The notes under the pieces are model-generated. The model worked only from the letters and a program-made list of their open reading frames with translations. It was not told where the DNA came from and did no database searches. From positions 62,775 through 126,774 of the forward strand of contig CAWVRN010000009.1 in NCBI GenBank assembly GCA_963932905.1: DNA of 64,000 nucleotides. The letters are read 5' to 3'. The translations under genes and the position numbers were made by a program. Numbering within the stretch: position 1 is the stretch's first letter; every line of letters starts with the position of its first letter. Source of the DNA: an uncultured Bdellovibrio sp. (lineage in GTDB: Bacteria; Bdellovibrionota; Bdellovibrionia; Bdellovibrionales; Bdellovibrionaceae). Below, in pieces: positions 49,253 to 57,705 of the stretch.

Positions 49253-49878
49253 AAATTCCTCACATAACGTAACTCAGGAAACGATCCTTCAAATTTGTAA
49301 GTAAGGTTACGTCCTAGTTTTCGTTCGCAATAGTCTAGAGCCTGTTGTCCATGTGTTGTCATATCTAATACGGCAACGATCACTGGTCGGTGCGATCGAT
49401 AGCTAGATTGTTGCCATCCCAATGGGTTTTCAAAAAAATGATAGCCCATTTGCTTCAGTGTGTTTTGTCGTGGCGATCCACTAACAAATGTTCCAACAAC
49501 CAAAGGGATACAGTGGTGCAGGGCCATTTTTAAAAACCAATAACGCAAAATAAGATTCAGTCCTTGGGACTGGTGTGACTGGATCGTGGCCGCGCGACTC
49601 AGCAGAATCGCGGGCCATTGTAGAGTCTTTGGGAAATCCCAAGGACATTCTAACTTTTTTTCTAGTAATGATTGATCCGCAATCAATTCACCGCGCATCG
49701 TAGAGACCATTTTCTGATTGTCTCGGGCCACCATCACGTAACTTTGACTGTCAGAAATACTCCATCGCAAAGTGCTGAGGTCCAACGTGTAACCATTGGC
49801 CTGCGCGTACTCTTGTTTGCGCAAGTTTTCTATTTCTAAAGTCGCATCATCCTCGGCAAAATAAATCGATTGAGTCAT
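49249..49878 (-). CDS. GNAT-fold acyltransferase (LuxI/FeeM-like)
   Basis: LRKQEY...D.QSYVMVA...VSTMRG...LSRAAT..HQSQGL...MGY. ATGA overlaps at both ends give start 49878. Confidence 0.6.
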   Translation of the reverse strand: MTQSIYFAEDDATLEIENLRKQEYAQANGYTLDLSTLRWSISDSQSYVMVARDNQKMVSTMRGELIADQSLLEKKLECPWDFPKTLQWPAILLSRAATIQSHQSQGLNLILRYWFLKMALHHCIPLVVGTFVSGSPRQNTLKQMGYHFFENPLGWQQSSYRSHRPVIVAVLDMTTHGQQALDYCERKLGRNLTYKFEGSFPELRYVRNL

Positions 49879-51233
49879 AGAACACCATCTAACAAAGTTA
49901 GGCGATGGTCTTCTGGTCCTGTCGTTTTCATATTTTCCAACATTGGCAATGTAACGATGCGGTCTGACAGTCGACCCAAGCACGACAGATTGGCAAAACC
50001 AGGCCCTTGCATTAACCCGGCTAGCATCGGCAAATGCAATGTCGGTGTCAGTCCTCCCACCGATAGATCGGCTTGAATTGACGCCGCAATTTTTGATTGA
50101 GTCAACGGTTCACCTAATACATGTTCTAATCTATTCAAAGCTTCGACCGACAGAAATTTCCTAAGAGTCGACATTTGGTCAAAACCGCTGGCTAAAATCA
50201 CCTGATCGTAATCGCGCCTTGAAACAGTTCCCGCATAGTTGATATCTAATGATAGACGACCTTCATTTTCCGAAATGTTTTCGACTCGACCGGCAATAAT
50301 CTGATGACGAAGTTGTTCATTCAAAATAGTCATAGCATGAGTTGAAAATACTCCCAAATCCGTGCGTTCGATAAAATCAATACGGTCTTTAAGTTCTAGA
50401 TTCTGCCATTGATTGCGCTCGGGCTGACTGTAGACTTGATTTTCGTAGTAGCTTTCGGCGCGAGTAGAAATAAATCCCTTTGGGGAAATGATATCTACAC
50501 GCACGTTTGGTGCATACTGAGAAAGGGCAAGCAGTGCCGACGCTGCATTTTCTCCCGCACCGATAATGGCGATGCGGCCTTGAGCAGCGAACTTTTTACT
50601 TTTCATTGCGGACCAGAATGATTCCAGATCATATGTGTTCTTTGGAATTTTGCCGTCTTTCAAAAAATCTGTACGCGTGTGCCCTGGACCGGTCAGCATT
50701 AAACGATCGGCTTCCAAACTGTAAAGATACGGTTCACCATCCGTATTTTTTAAGTTTAGCTCCCAGCGAGATCGTTTCGAATTTAATCCGATGGCTGTCA
50801 CTTCCGCAGAAACTATGGAAACGTGAGGCTCTAGTTGAGCCGAAACCCAGCGTAAATAATCTGTCCAAAATAAATGGCACGGAGCCGGACGACCGCGATC
50901 TACCCAGTCAGAAAAACGACCGGTTTGAACCAGGAACGACATCCACGTGAATTGCAGTAAGCGTTGTTTAATTCTTTGATTTAAATGTTTGTCGGCGATG
51001 TCAGTTTCTATGGGGAATACGACGTCTTTTTCCGGCGATGTACCTAACTTCATCTCGCCATTAGTGTAACCGAACTCACCAGACCAGTTAGCTGCCACGT
51101 TATGTCGTTCAATTATGATTACGCGATCTACGGGTAAACTAAATTCCTCAAGAACTTTAGCTTTCACCGCCGTGGCGATACCTTTTGGACCAGCACCAAT
51201 GACAACTAGTGTTTTTCTAGGTGATTTAAGCAT
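49875..51233 (-). CDS. Lysine N6-hydroxylase (flavin N-hydroxylating monooxygenase, MbtG/NbtG-like)
   Basis: VIGAGPKG, AANW...LGTSPEKDVVFP, NADPH motif IIGAGENAAS and QGPGFANLSCLGRLSDRI, all close to mycobacterial MbtG. Confidence 0.9.
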   Translation of the reverse strand: MLKSPRKTLVVIGAGPKGIATAVKAKVLEEFSLPVDRVIIIERHNVAANWSGEFGYTNGEMKLGTSPEKDVVFPIETDIADKHLNQRIKQRLLQFTWMSFLVQTGRFSDWVDRGRPAPCHLFWTDYLRWVSAQLEPHVSIVSAEVTAIGLNSKRSRWELNLKNTDGEPYLYSLEADRLMLTGPGHTRTDFLKDGKIPKNTYDLESFWSAMKSKKFAAQGRIAIIGAGENAASALLALSQYAPNVRVDIISPKGFISTRAESYYENQVYSQPERNQWQNLELKDRIDFIERTDLGVFSTHAMTILNEQLRHQIIAGRVENISENEGRLSLDINYAGTVSRRDYDQVILASGFDQMSTLRKFLSVEALNRLEHVLGEPLTQSKIAASIQADLSVGGLTPTLHLPMLAGLMQGPGFANLSCLGRLSDRIVTLPMLENMKTTGPEDHRLTLLDGVL

Positions 51234-52248
51234 GTAACAAACTCCGTTCATTGTGGCCTGATTCTAAAGCGCGACCAATACGCTGACTGATTTCTAGAGA
51301 AAACTTAAAAGCGGTTCCGCCCCAACCCGTAGCTAACATCATTTTTGGTTGACCCATTAAGTAGCCCGCAAATCCTAAACGGTTAGGTGAATAGCAGTCG
51401 TTGGCCGTCACCTCGACCGGTTGACCGGTCCAAAGTTTTTCTTTCAAACGTTTTGAATTGAGATCTGCTAGAATCAAATGATCACCTGGCCCCAAGCGGG
51501 CAAAATCTAACGTTTCGCGATCGAAGTAACTTGGCAGTATCATCTGTTGATCTTTTTTCTGAACATGATACGTCGTTAGTTTTTGTGAACGTAACGAATG
51601 ACCGATGCCTAAATCATGAAGGTGAGGCAGTAAACGTGCCCCACCAGCTAAGATGACTGTTTTGGCAGTGATGCTGGATTTCTGCGAGAAAATTTTGTAC
51701 TGACCGCGGAAATGGCAAATGCGATCGACTTCAAAATCATCCACGATGGTCATTCCTGATTTTTCACTGAACGAAAGCAAATCATCGGCGAAACGAATTG
51801 GTGACAGATGCGATCCCAGTGGCTCGTACACAGCCCATTGGTCGTCGGCCCAATGGAATGCAGGAAATTTCAAGCGTCCCGCTGCTGGGGTTAGAATTTC
51901 AAATGCATAACCAGCTGAGTCCATTTTTTGAAAATTGGCCGAGTATTGAGGAAATCGGCGTGAATTAAAGAAATACAAATGTCCATTCGGTTGCTGTTTT
52001 TCAGTGATAATATGCCGATCTTGGTATTTTTTTAGTAACGCGAAATTATTTAAAGCCAGTTCAACATGTTCCAAGTTTTCATGAAACACGCGCAACATGC
52101 CACCCGAACTGGCTGTCGCGCTGACTGTTTTTCGGCCGCTATCAATAATAACGTTATTTCTGATACCTCGACGAGTCAGTTCATAAGCTATGCTACTACC
52201 GATGCAACCAGCGCCGATGATGGCGTGGTCAAACTCAAGAATTTTCAT
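51226..52248 (-). CDS. FAD-dependent oxidoreductase (DAO/glycine oxidase family)
   Basis: IIGAGCIGSSIAYEL, ATASSGGMLR and ATGWGGTAFKFS. Confidence 0.88.
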   Translation of the reverse strand: MKILEFDHAIIGAGCIGSSIAYELTRRGIRNNVIIDSGRKTVSATASSGGMLRVFHENLEHVELALNNFALLKKYQDRHIITEKQQPNGHLYFFNSRRFPQYSANFQKMDSAGYAFEILTPAAGRLKFPAFHWADDQWAVYEPLGSHLSPIRFADDLLSFSEKSGMTIVDDFEVDRICHFRGQYKIFSQKSSITAKTVILAGGARLLPHLHDLGIGHSLRSQKLTTYHVQKKDQQMILPSYFDRETLDFARLGPGDHLILADLNSKRLKEKLWTGQPVEVTANDCYSPNRLGFAGYLMGQPKMMLATGWGGTAFKFSLEISQRIGRALESGHNERSLLHA

Positions 52249-54023
52249 AGTGCCTCCTCTTGGGAATCTGCATAGACATCCAGAGATAAAATGGATAAAA
52301 TTTTATTGGCGGTTCTCGGCATAAATGATTGCAATGCGGTTCCTAATGTATGGATACGGATTTTATCGTTAGATAAATGTCCCATGCCTTGGACCGTCGA
52401 ATCTATAAAATTTAAAATCAAGCGACTCGCTGGTCGCGGATCAAAATTTTCTGGCGTCATCAGCATTTCGAAGTCTTTTAGAAACCGTTGGCTTTGGATG
52501 ATGACGTTAGGTGCGGCTTCGGCGTTAACGTCAGACGGATTCAAATTCGATAGTCCTTTTGATTTCACAATTGCCACAGCTTGATCGAAAATTTGATTCA
52601 GCGAAATTTGTAAATCTTTCGAAAACGAATTAAATTTTTCTAGCTCAAAATTGGACGTATGCAGCGACGGACGAATCTGGCTTAGATAGAGCCTTAAATG
52701 TTCACTATCACCCGTAAACTCGTCGGCCCAAATCGCATGCTCACGGCTGGTTGAAAATTTAGCGCCGTCAAGTAATAGGAATTCATTTGTGATCACCGCG
52801 TTTGGCAGTTTTACATTTTGATTCATTGCTTTTAATAAAGCGGGTATAAACATCAAATAGTAAAAACTATTGTCAAAGCCAAAGCTATGAACCCAAAATT
52901 TATTTCCTAATGCAAATTGTTCGTAATGAGCCGCCATTTCAAACCATACGTGGATATTGCGGCCATCGACCTGAATACCTAAATCATTTTTAGTCGGGTA
53001 GGCGACAAGGATTTTGCTTTCTGGTTGCGTTTGCACTTCTTGCACTAGCTGTCGTAATCGCGGAGATAAATTCAATCTCTTCAATTCGTTTTTGATTAAC
53101 GGTAAATGGGCTTTAAGATCAAACGTGTACACCGATTTCGTTTTTGAGTGAGCGGCCTGGCCGCAGCGTCCGCAATGGATGTTATTCAATCGATACGCTG
53201 GCACAACAATGCCGCAGGATTCGCAGCCACCACGACTGCTCGATCCGCACTGTGGGCACATGCCATCCGCATGAACATCCACTAAAGTTAAATCGCAGTG
53301 AGTGCAATGGGGGATGGCTATTGTTTCTAATTTGATAACTCCGTCTGCGACCGCAGTATTGAAAAACGTTTTGATTTTATTTTGGTAGTCTATGTTTTGG
53401 CTGGGTTCGATGAATTCGTCAAAATGAATATCCATATTAACAAACCCGCGTTGAATACGCGCGCGTCGGTGTGATCGGAAATCACCGGTTTCTAGTTGAA
53501 GTGAGCGCGCTTTTTCCCCGACATAATTTTGATGATCATCCGTGCCTGTGTGAGTGACCACGTCGACATTTTTCGACTGTAAATAGCGCGAAAGAATATC
53601 GGCGGCCAAGTACGGTCCGCTGATATGTCCCAGATGAAGCGGTCCGTTGGGCGTGGGTGGAGCCACGGTGATTAGAACATCAGAGGGAAGCTTTGGAATG
53701 TCGAAGTCTTCAGTATATATAGATAGAAACTGAAGGGACAAATCTCCAGTATTTTTCAAGATGTGCAGACTAAAAGGTGGAATTTGAATCAGGTCCCCGG
53801 CGTGAACCGGTGCGGAATTTTCACCAATAGTCATCTGACCCTGACCTTGGATAATGAAAAAAATTTCAGGTTCAAAGTGTTTGTGAGCGGCGGTTTTTTC
53901 GCCGGGCTCGATAATACAAAATGTAGTATTTAAAGCGTCATTAAATCCGATTTTAGATAAGGAATGGCATAAGATGCCGTAGGCGTTTTTATACTGAGCT
54001 TGATTGATGGATGTGATGTTCAT
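52245..54023 (-). CDS. Cupin / methionyl-tRNA-synthetase-like fusion (hydrazine synthetase, Spb40/PyrN/Tri28 family)
   Basis: N-terminal cupin HKHFEPE...H; then PPTPNGPLHLGHISGPYLAAD, four CxxC knuckles, FGFDNSF and KFSTSR. RBS aaggag sets the start at 54023. Confidence 0.9.
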   Translation of the reverse strand: MNITSINQAQYKNAYGILCHSLSKIGFNDALNTTFCIIEPGEKTAAHKHFEPEIFFIIQGQGQMTIGENSAPVHAGDLIQIPPFSLHILKNTGDLSLQFLSIYTEDFDIPKLPSDVLITVAPPTPNGPLHLGHISGPYLAADILSRYLQSKNVDVVTHTGTDDHQNYVGEKARSLQLETGDFRSHRRARIQRGFVNMDIHFDEFIEPSQNIDYQNKIKTFFNTAVADGVIKLETIAIPHCTHCDLTLVDVHADGMCPQCGSSSRGGCESCGIVVPAYRLNNIHCGRCGQAAHSKTKSVYTFDLKAHLPLIKNELKRLNLSPRLRQLVQEVQTQPESKILVAYPTKNDLGIQVDGRNIHVWFEMAAHYEQFALGNKFWVHSFGFDNSFYYLMFIPALLKAMNQNVKLPNAVITNEFLLLDGAKFSTSREHAIWADEFTGDSEHLRLYLSQIRPSLHTSNFELEKFNSFSKDLQISLNQIFDQAVAIVKSKGLSNLNPSDVNAEAAPNVIIQSQRFLKDFEMLMTPENFDPRPASRLILNFIDSTVQGMGHLSNDKIRIHTLGTALQSFMPRTANKILSILSLDVYADSQEEAL

Positions 54024-54071
54024 AGGAACTCTCCTTAACTTGAAGGGCAACCTACTCTAAAATTTAGATGA

Positions 54072-54117
54072 ATAAAAATGATCTATTTTCATAAATTCCG
54101 TTGAAAATTATAGAATG
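54072..54117. promoter_or_regulatory. LysR-type T-N11-A boxes in the divergent promoter
   Basis: aTaaaaatgatctAt (54072-54086) and cgtTgaaaattatagAatg (54099-54117). Confidence 0.55.
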
Positions 54118-54148
54118 ATTGGTACAACATCGGTCATCGGAGGGTTCT

Positions 54149-55042
54149 ATGAAATTTGACCAGCTTCAATATTTCGTCGAAACGGCACGGCGCCAACATA
54201 TCGGGCAGGCCGCACGTTTTTTAAATATTTCTCCGAGTGCCATTAGTCACAGCATCGCCGCGTTAGAAGAAGAGTTCGGCCGTATACTGTTTGAAAAACA
54301 GGGTCGTCAAATTAAGCTCACTCAGCATGGTAAGTTACTATTAGATCGCGCTGAATTTCTATTATCTGAAGCCGGCCGCATTCGCGAAGAAATCTCATCA
54401 GAACAATCATCGATGCGTGGCCATTATCGATTAGCGGCGACTCACACATTGTGTTCGGAATTTTTAGTTCCTGTGTGGATGGGTATTCAAGCCGAACACC
54501 CGGCCTTAACGTCTACATTGCATTCGTTGCGATCGGGCGAAGTTCTGGCTCGGGTGGGTGCGGGTGAAGTGGATTTGGGTATTTGTTTTTCCCCGCAAAC
54601 GGGCCCCAATCATGAACAGGAAGTTTTGCATCAAGGCAAGTTGGTAATCTGTTTCGGAAAAAAACATCCGTTCCTAAAAGACCGTCGGGTCGAAGACCTA
54701 GATCGCTATCCCAGCGTTGCGGCCTTGGCAGCGCAAGGGATTGAAAATTGCGAAAATCATCCCGCGTTTCAACGGCTACGTATTCAACCGAAAATTATTA
54801 ATATGTTCGATAGTTACGACGTGGCGATCGAGTCGTTAAAACATAGTCAGGCGTGGACATTGTTGCCAGACTTTATCGCCTATGCTCATCGAAATGAAAT
54901 CGAAACGTATATCCCGCGCGCTTGGGATGCCGATTACAAAATCGTGGCGGTATGGCCTAAATACCGTATCCGCACGCAAGCGTTGGATTACGTAATCGAA
55001 GGCGTGGCGAAGAAAGTTCGCGCGCTAGCCGAACGCGTCTAG
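54149..55042 (+). CDS. LysR family transcriptional regulator
   Basis: MKFDQLQYFVETA...AARFLNISPSAISHSIAALEEEFG..LF; RBS ggagg. Confidence 0.95.
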   Translation: MKFDQLQYFVETARRQHIGQAARFLNISPSAISHSIAALEEEFGRILFEKQGRQIKLTQHGKLLLDRAEFLLSEAGRIREEISSEQSSMRGHYRLAATHTLCSEFLVPVWMGIQAEHPALTSTLHSLRSGEVLARVGAGEVDLGICFSPQTGPNHEQEVLHQGKLVICFGKKHPFLKDRRVEDLDRYPSVAALAAQGIENCENHPAFQRLRIQPKIINMFDSYDVAIESLKHSQAWTLLPDFIAYAHRNEIETYIPRAWDADYKIVAVWPKYRIRTQALDYVIEGVAKKVRALAERV

Positions 55043-55080
55043 TGCGGGGGCCAGCATCTTAGCTTGAATTTGCAAATCTT

Positions 55081-55101
55081 TCGTTGAGTTTTTCAGAACG
55101 A
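55081..55101. promoter_or_regulatory. LysR-type box upstream of the DMT transporter
   Basis: tcgtT-gagtttttcag-Aacga is an inverted repeat with T-N11-A spacing and resembles 54099-54117. Confidence 0.55.
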
Positions 55102-55157
55102 TTTCCGTTAAAATTCATCAGTTTTAATTAAACGGCATTTAGAATAAAAGTCCCTCT

Positions 55158-56021
55158 ATGAGTTTTCGATTCGGCCTGTGGGCGATCCTTTTAGTTATAA
55201 GTTTGTCGGTGACGGGGTTATCGATTCGCTTGCTTGCAGATCGGCATGTGCCACTGTCGCAGAGTTTATTGGCGCGTGGATTAGTCTGTTTAATCCTGGT
55301 TTGGGGTTGGGCTAAACGCCAGCAACTATCTTTGATCCCAAAATCTATTAAGACCCAAGTTTTTCGCGCATTGATCGCAGGACTGGCACTGACATTTTTT
55401 TCCATGAGTTACAACTGGTTGTCGGCCTCTACAGTCGCAGTGCTTTCTAATATTGATGTTCCCATGCTCGTGATCTTGGGGTCATTTGTCGGGCAGAATT
55501 CTACGTTGCGGGCAAAGCTGCTGTCTTTGATTTCGATCGTCATCCTTGCCATATATACCTTAAGTCTGCAGCGGCAGCCGCAGTGGCTATTGGGGATTTC
55601 TGTTTTAGGGATCGGTACCGTGCTGTTGTGCTTTGGTTATTTCTTTATCAAGAAAAGTATGACTGAAGAAAACGAAGTTATCACTGTCCTAACTCCTTCG
55701 CTTGCGATAATCGCCTATGGTCTGGTGCAATGGGGTTTGGAACCCATGACCACATCGGTGTGGAATTCTCTGTCTGTCATCAGCGTGATAATTTCTGGTA
55801 TTGGTATGTTTGGCGCCTACTACGCTACTATGCGGTTATATGAATTAACCGATATCACGACGGCAGAATTTCCGACGTTGCTATCATCGGTTGCCATTCA
55901 ACCAATGGAAGCGATTTTTTTTCGTGAATCCCTGAGTGTATCTCACCTGTGGTTATCTATCGTTTTTGTTTTTGTAACGTATTTAATTTTGCGAACAGAA
56001 AACAAAGAGGCCGTTGTATGA
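55158..56021 (+). CDS. DMT/EamA family exporter
   Basis: 287 aa with about 10 TM helices in two repeats. Confidence 0.8.
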   Translation: MSFRFGLWAILLVISLSVTGLSIRLLADRHVPLSQSLLARGLVCLILVWGWAKRQQLSLIPKSIKTQVFRALIAGLALTFFSMSYNWLSASTVAVLSNIDVPMLVILGSFVGQNSTLRAKLLSLISIVILAIYTLSLQRQPQWLLGISVLGIGTVLLCFGYFFIKKSMTEENEVITVLTPSLAIIAYGLVQWGLEPMTTSVWNSLSVISVIISGIGMFGAYYATMRLYELTDITTAEFPTLLSSVAIQPMEAIFFRESLSVSHLWLSIVFVFVTYLILRTENKEAVV

Positions 56022-56470
56022 AGACTGTCGAAATGAATTTGCCGCGAATAAAACAAACTCTGGATTTTTCGTGCGGAGCCGCCTGTTTTGAAAGTATGTA
56101 TCAGTTCTTAAAGCGAGGCGAACATGCTGACGATTTGTTTTTTGCTCGCGAACTCGGAACTCTGGAACTGGGCTATACGTCACCGGAAAGGATCGCTGAA
56201 CTTGCGCAGCGCTATCGATTTAAGGTGAATTTTCAGAAAAATCTAACATTGTCAAAACTTCAAATCGCGTTTGATGGTACGGCCGTGCTATTTGTCACTT
56301 GGTGGTATGAAGATTCAGGTCATTACAGTTTAGTTAAGTCGATGGATGATAGCTATATCACATTGATGGACCCCTGGGAGGCTCGCGAGGATAAGGACAA
56401 TCGGATTTTGTTAGCTGATTTTGAAAAATTCTGGACTCAGCGAGGCGCAGTCTTGATTTCAGTGGCTTAA
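56018..56470 (+). CDS. Stand-alone C39-like cysteine peptidase
   Basis: QTLDFSCGAAC, GHYSLV and LMDP; ATGA overlap with the DMT gene. Confidence 0.8.
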   Translation: MKTVEMNLPRIKQTLDFSCGAACFESMYQFLKRGEHADDLFFARELGTLELGYTSPERIAELAQRYRFKVNFQKNLTLSKLQIAFDGTAVLFVTWWYEDSGHYSLVKSMDDSYITLMDPWEAREDKDNRILLADFEKFWTQRGAVLISVA

Positions 56471-56490
56471 AAATCGTATGATACCTGCAT

Positions 56491-57255
56491 ATGAAATTAG
56501 TCAGCTGGAATGTAAATGGAATCCGTGCCTGTGGTAAGGGTGGATTTCTAAAATGGTTTGAAAGTGAAGGAGCCGATATCGTTTGCGTGCAAGAAATTAA
56601 AGCGCATCCGGATCAGCTGGAAGAAGATTTTAAAAACCCAATGAAGTACCACGCAGTATGGAATCCGGCGCAGAAACCCGGTTACAGCGGTACTGCGATT
56701 TTCTCGAAGAAAGAACCACTGGATATACAAGTCGGTATCGGCGATAAAGAAATCGACAAAGAAGGTCGAGTCATCATTGCAAAATTCCCGAAATTCACGT
56801 TGATTAATTCCTATTTTCCAAACAGTCAGCGTGATCACGCGCGGTTGCCATTTAAATTAGAATTCTGTAAAAAATTTCTAAAAAAAGCCGAATCCCTTCG
56901 TAACAAAGGTGAAAACCTAATCCTGTGCGCGGACTGGAATATTGCTCATCAAGAAATTGATTTGAAAAATCCAAAAACGAATAAAAAAAATGCCGGGTTT
57001 TTGCCAGAGGAACGGGCGTGGATGGACGAATTTATTGAAACAGGCTATGTCGATGCGTTTCGTGAGTTTCAAAAAGAAGGTGGCCACTACACGTGGTGGA
57101 GTTATAGACCCGGCGTGCGTGAAAAGAATGTGGGTTGGCGATTAGATTATTTCATGGCGAATGAAGAATTCAAAGATCGCTTGAAAGATTCGTATCACCG
57201 AAACGATATCTTCGGCTCTGATCATTGCCCCGTAGTTGTGGAATTAAAAAAGTAG
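56491..57255 (+). CDS. xth: Exodeoxyribonuclease III
   Basis: SWNVNGIRA, QEIK, GYSGTA, DWNIAH, YTWWSYR, GWRLDY and SDHCP. Confidence 0.96.
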   Translation: MKLVSWNVNGIRACGKGGFLKWFESEGADIVCVQEIKAHPDQLEEDFKNPMKYHAVWNPAQKPGYSGTAIFSKKEPLDIQVGIGDKEIDKEGRVIIAKFPKFTLINSYFPNSQRDHARLPFKLEFCKKFLKKAESLRNKGENLILCADWNIAHQEIDLKNPKTNKKNAGFLPEERAWMDEFIETGYVDAFREFQKEGGHYTWWSYRPGVREKNVGWRLDYFMANEEFKDRLKDSYHRNDIFGSDHCPVVVELKK

Positions 57256-57312
57256 TTCAGTTGCTAAAAACACCTTGCCCATTTACGATATGTAAATATA
57301 AAGGAGATTTTT

Positions 57313-57408
57313 ATGTCTGATTTAATGAAGTTAATCCAGGAAGCCGATGTGGCCTCTGTTGAACAGAACGAGCATTTGCCAACAGATGGATACGACGGCG
57401 TGGTTTAA
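57313..57408 (+). CDS. Small 31-aa ORF MSDLMKLIQEADVASVEQNEHLPTDGYDGVV
   Basis: Strong RBS aaggag 6 nt upstream; it sits in an otherwise empty intergenic region and is below the ORF-track size cut-off. Confidence 0.55.
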   Translation: MSDLMKLIQEADVASVEQNEHLPTDGYDGVV

Positions 57409-57705
57409 CTTCGGTCAATGTGTTCCTCCGAGTGGTGGTCACAGATGAGAGTACAAATCTAATTCCCAGAGCCATTTAAAAATTGTCGTCGACATGGCAC
57501 AAGAATAGTTTCCTCAAGAAAACTTGAGATTGTGTTAAATGTGAACGAAAATTTTGTTTTGAAAAAATAAGATCATTCAATTCGATACGAATAAATAGTG
57601 CCAACAAGATGGAGATTTCTTAAGATTTTGTAAGTTATAGAAATGTATAGAGTATTATGGATTAGGGATTCTCAAGGAAAAAGCGGTCGGGCCGAAAGGT
57701 TAGAT

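Noticed and set aside
52245..54023. Housekeeping methionyl-tRNA synthetase (metG)
   Set aside because: The N-terminal cupin, degenerate anticodon domain and operon with an N-hydroxylase and oxidase point to the hydrazine synthetase family.
48138..54023. Hydroxamate siderophore cluster (lysine hydroxylase plus acyltransferase)
   Set aside because: There is no NIS synthetase, NRPS or receptor, and regulation is by LysR. The cupin-MetRS fusion explains the hydroxylase better. N-acylation of hydroxylysine by the GNAT cannot be formally excluded.
57410..57705. Riboswitch or ncRNA upstream of the Hpt gene
   Set aside because: No recognisable c-di-GMP or other aptamer consensus; only short hairpins.
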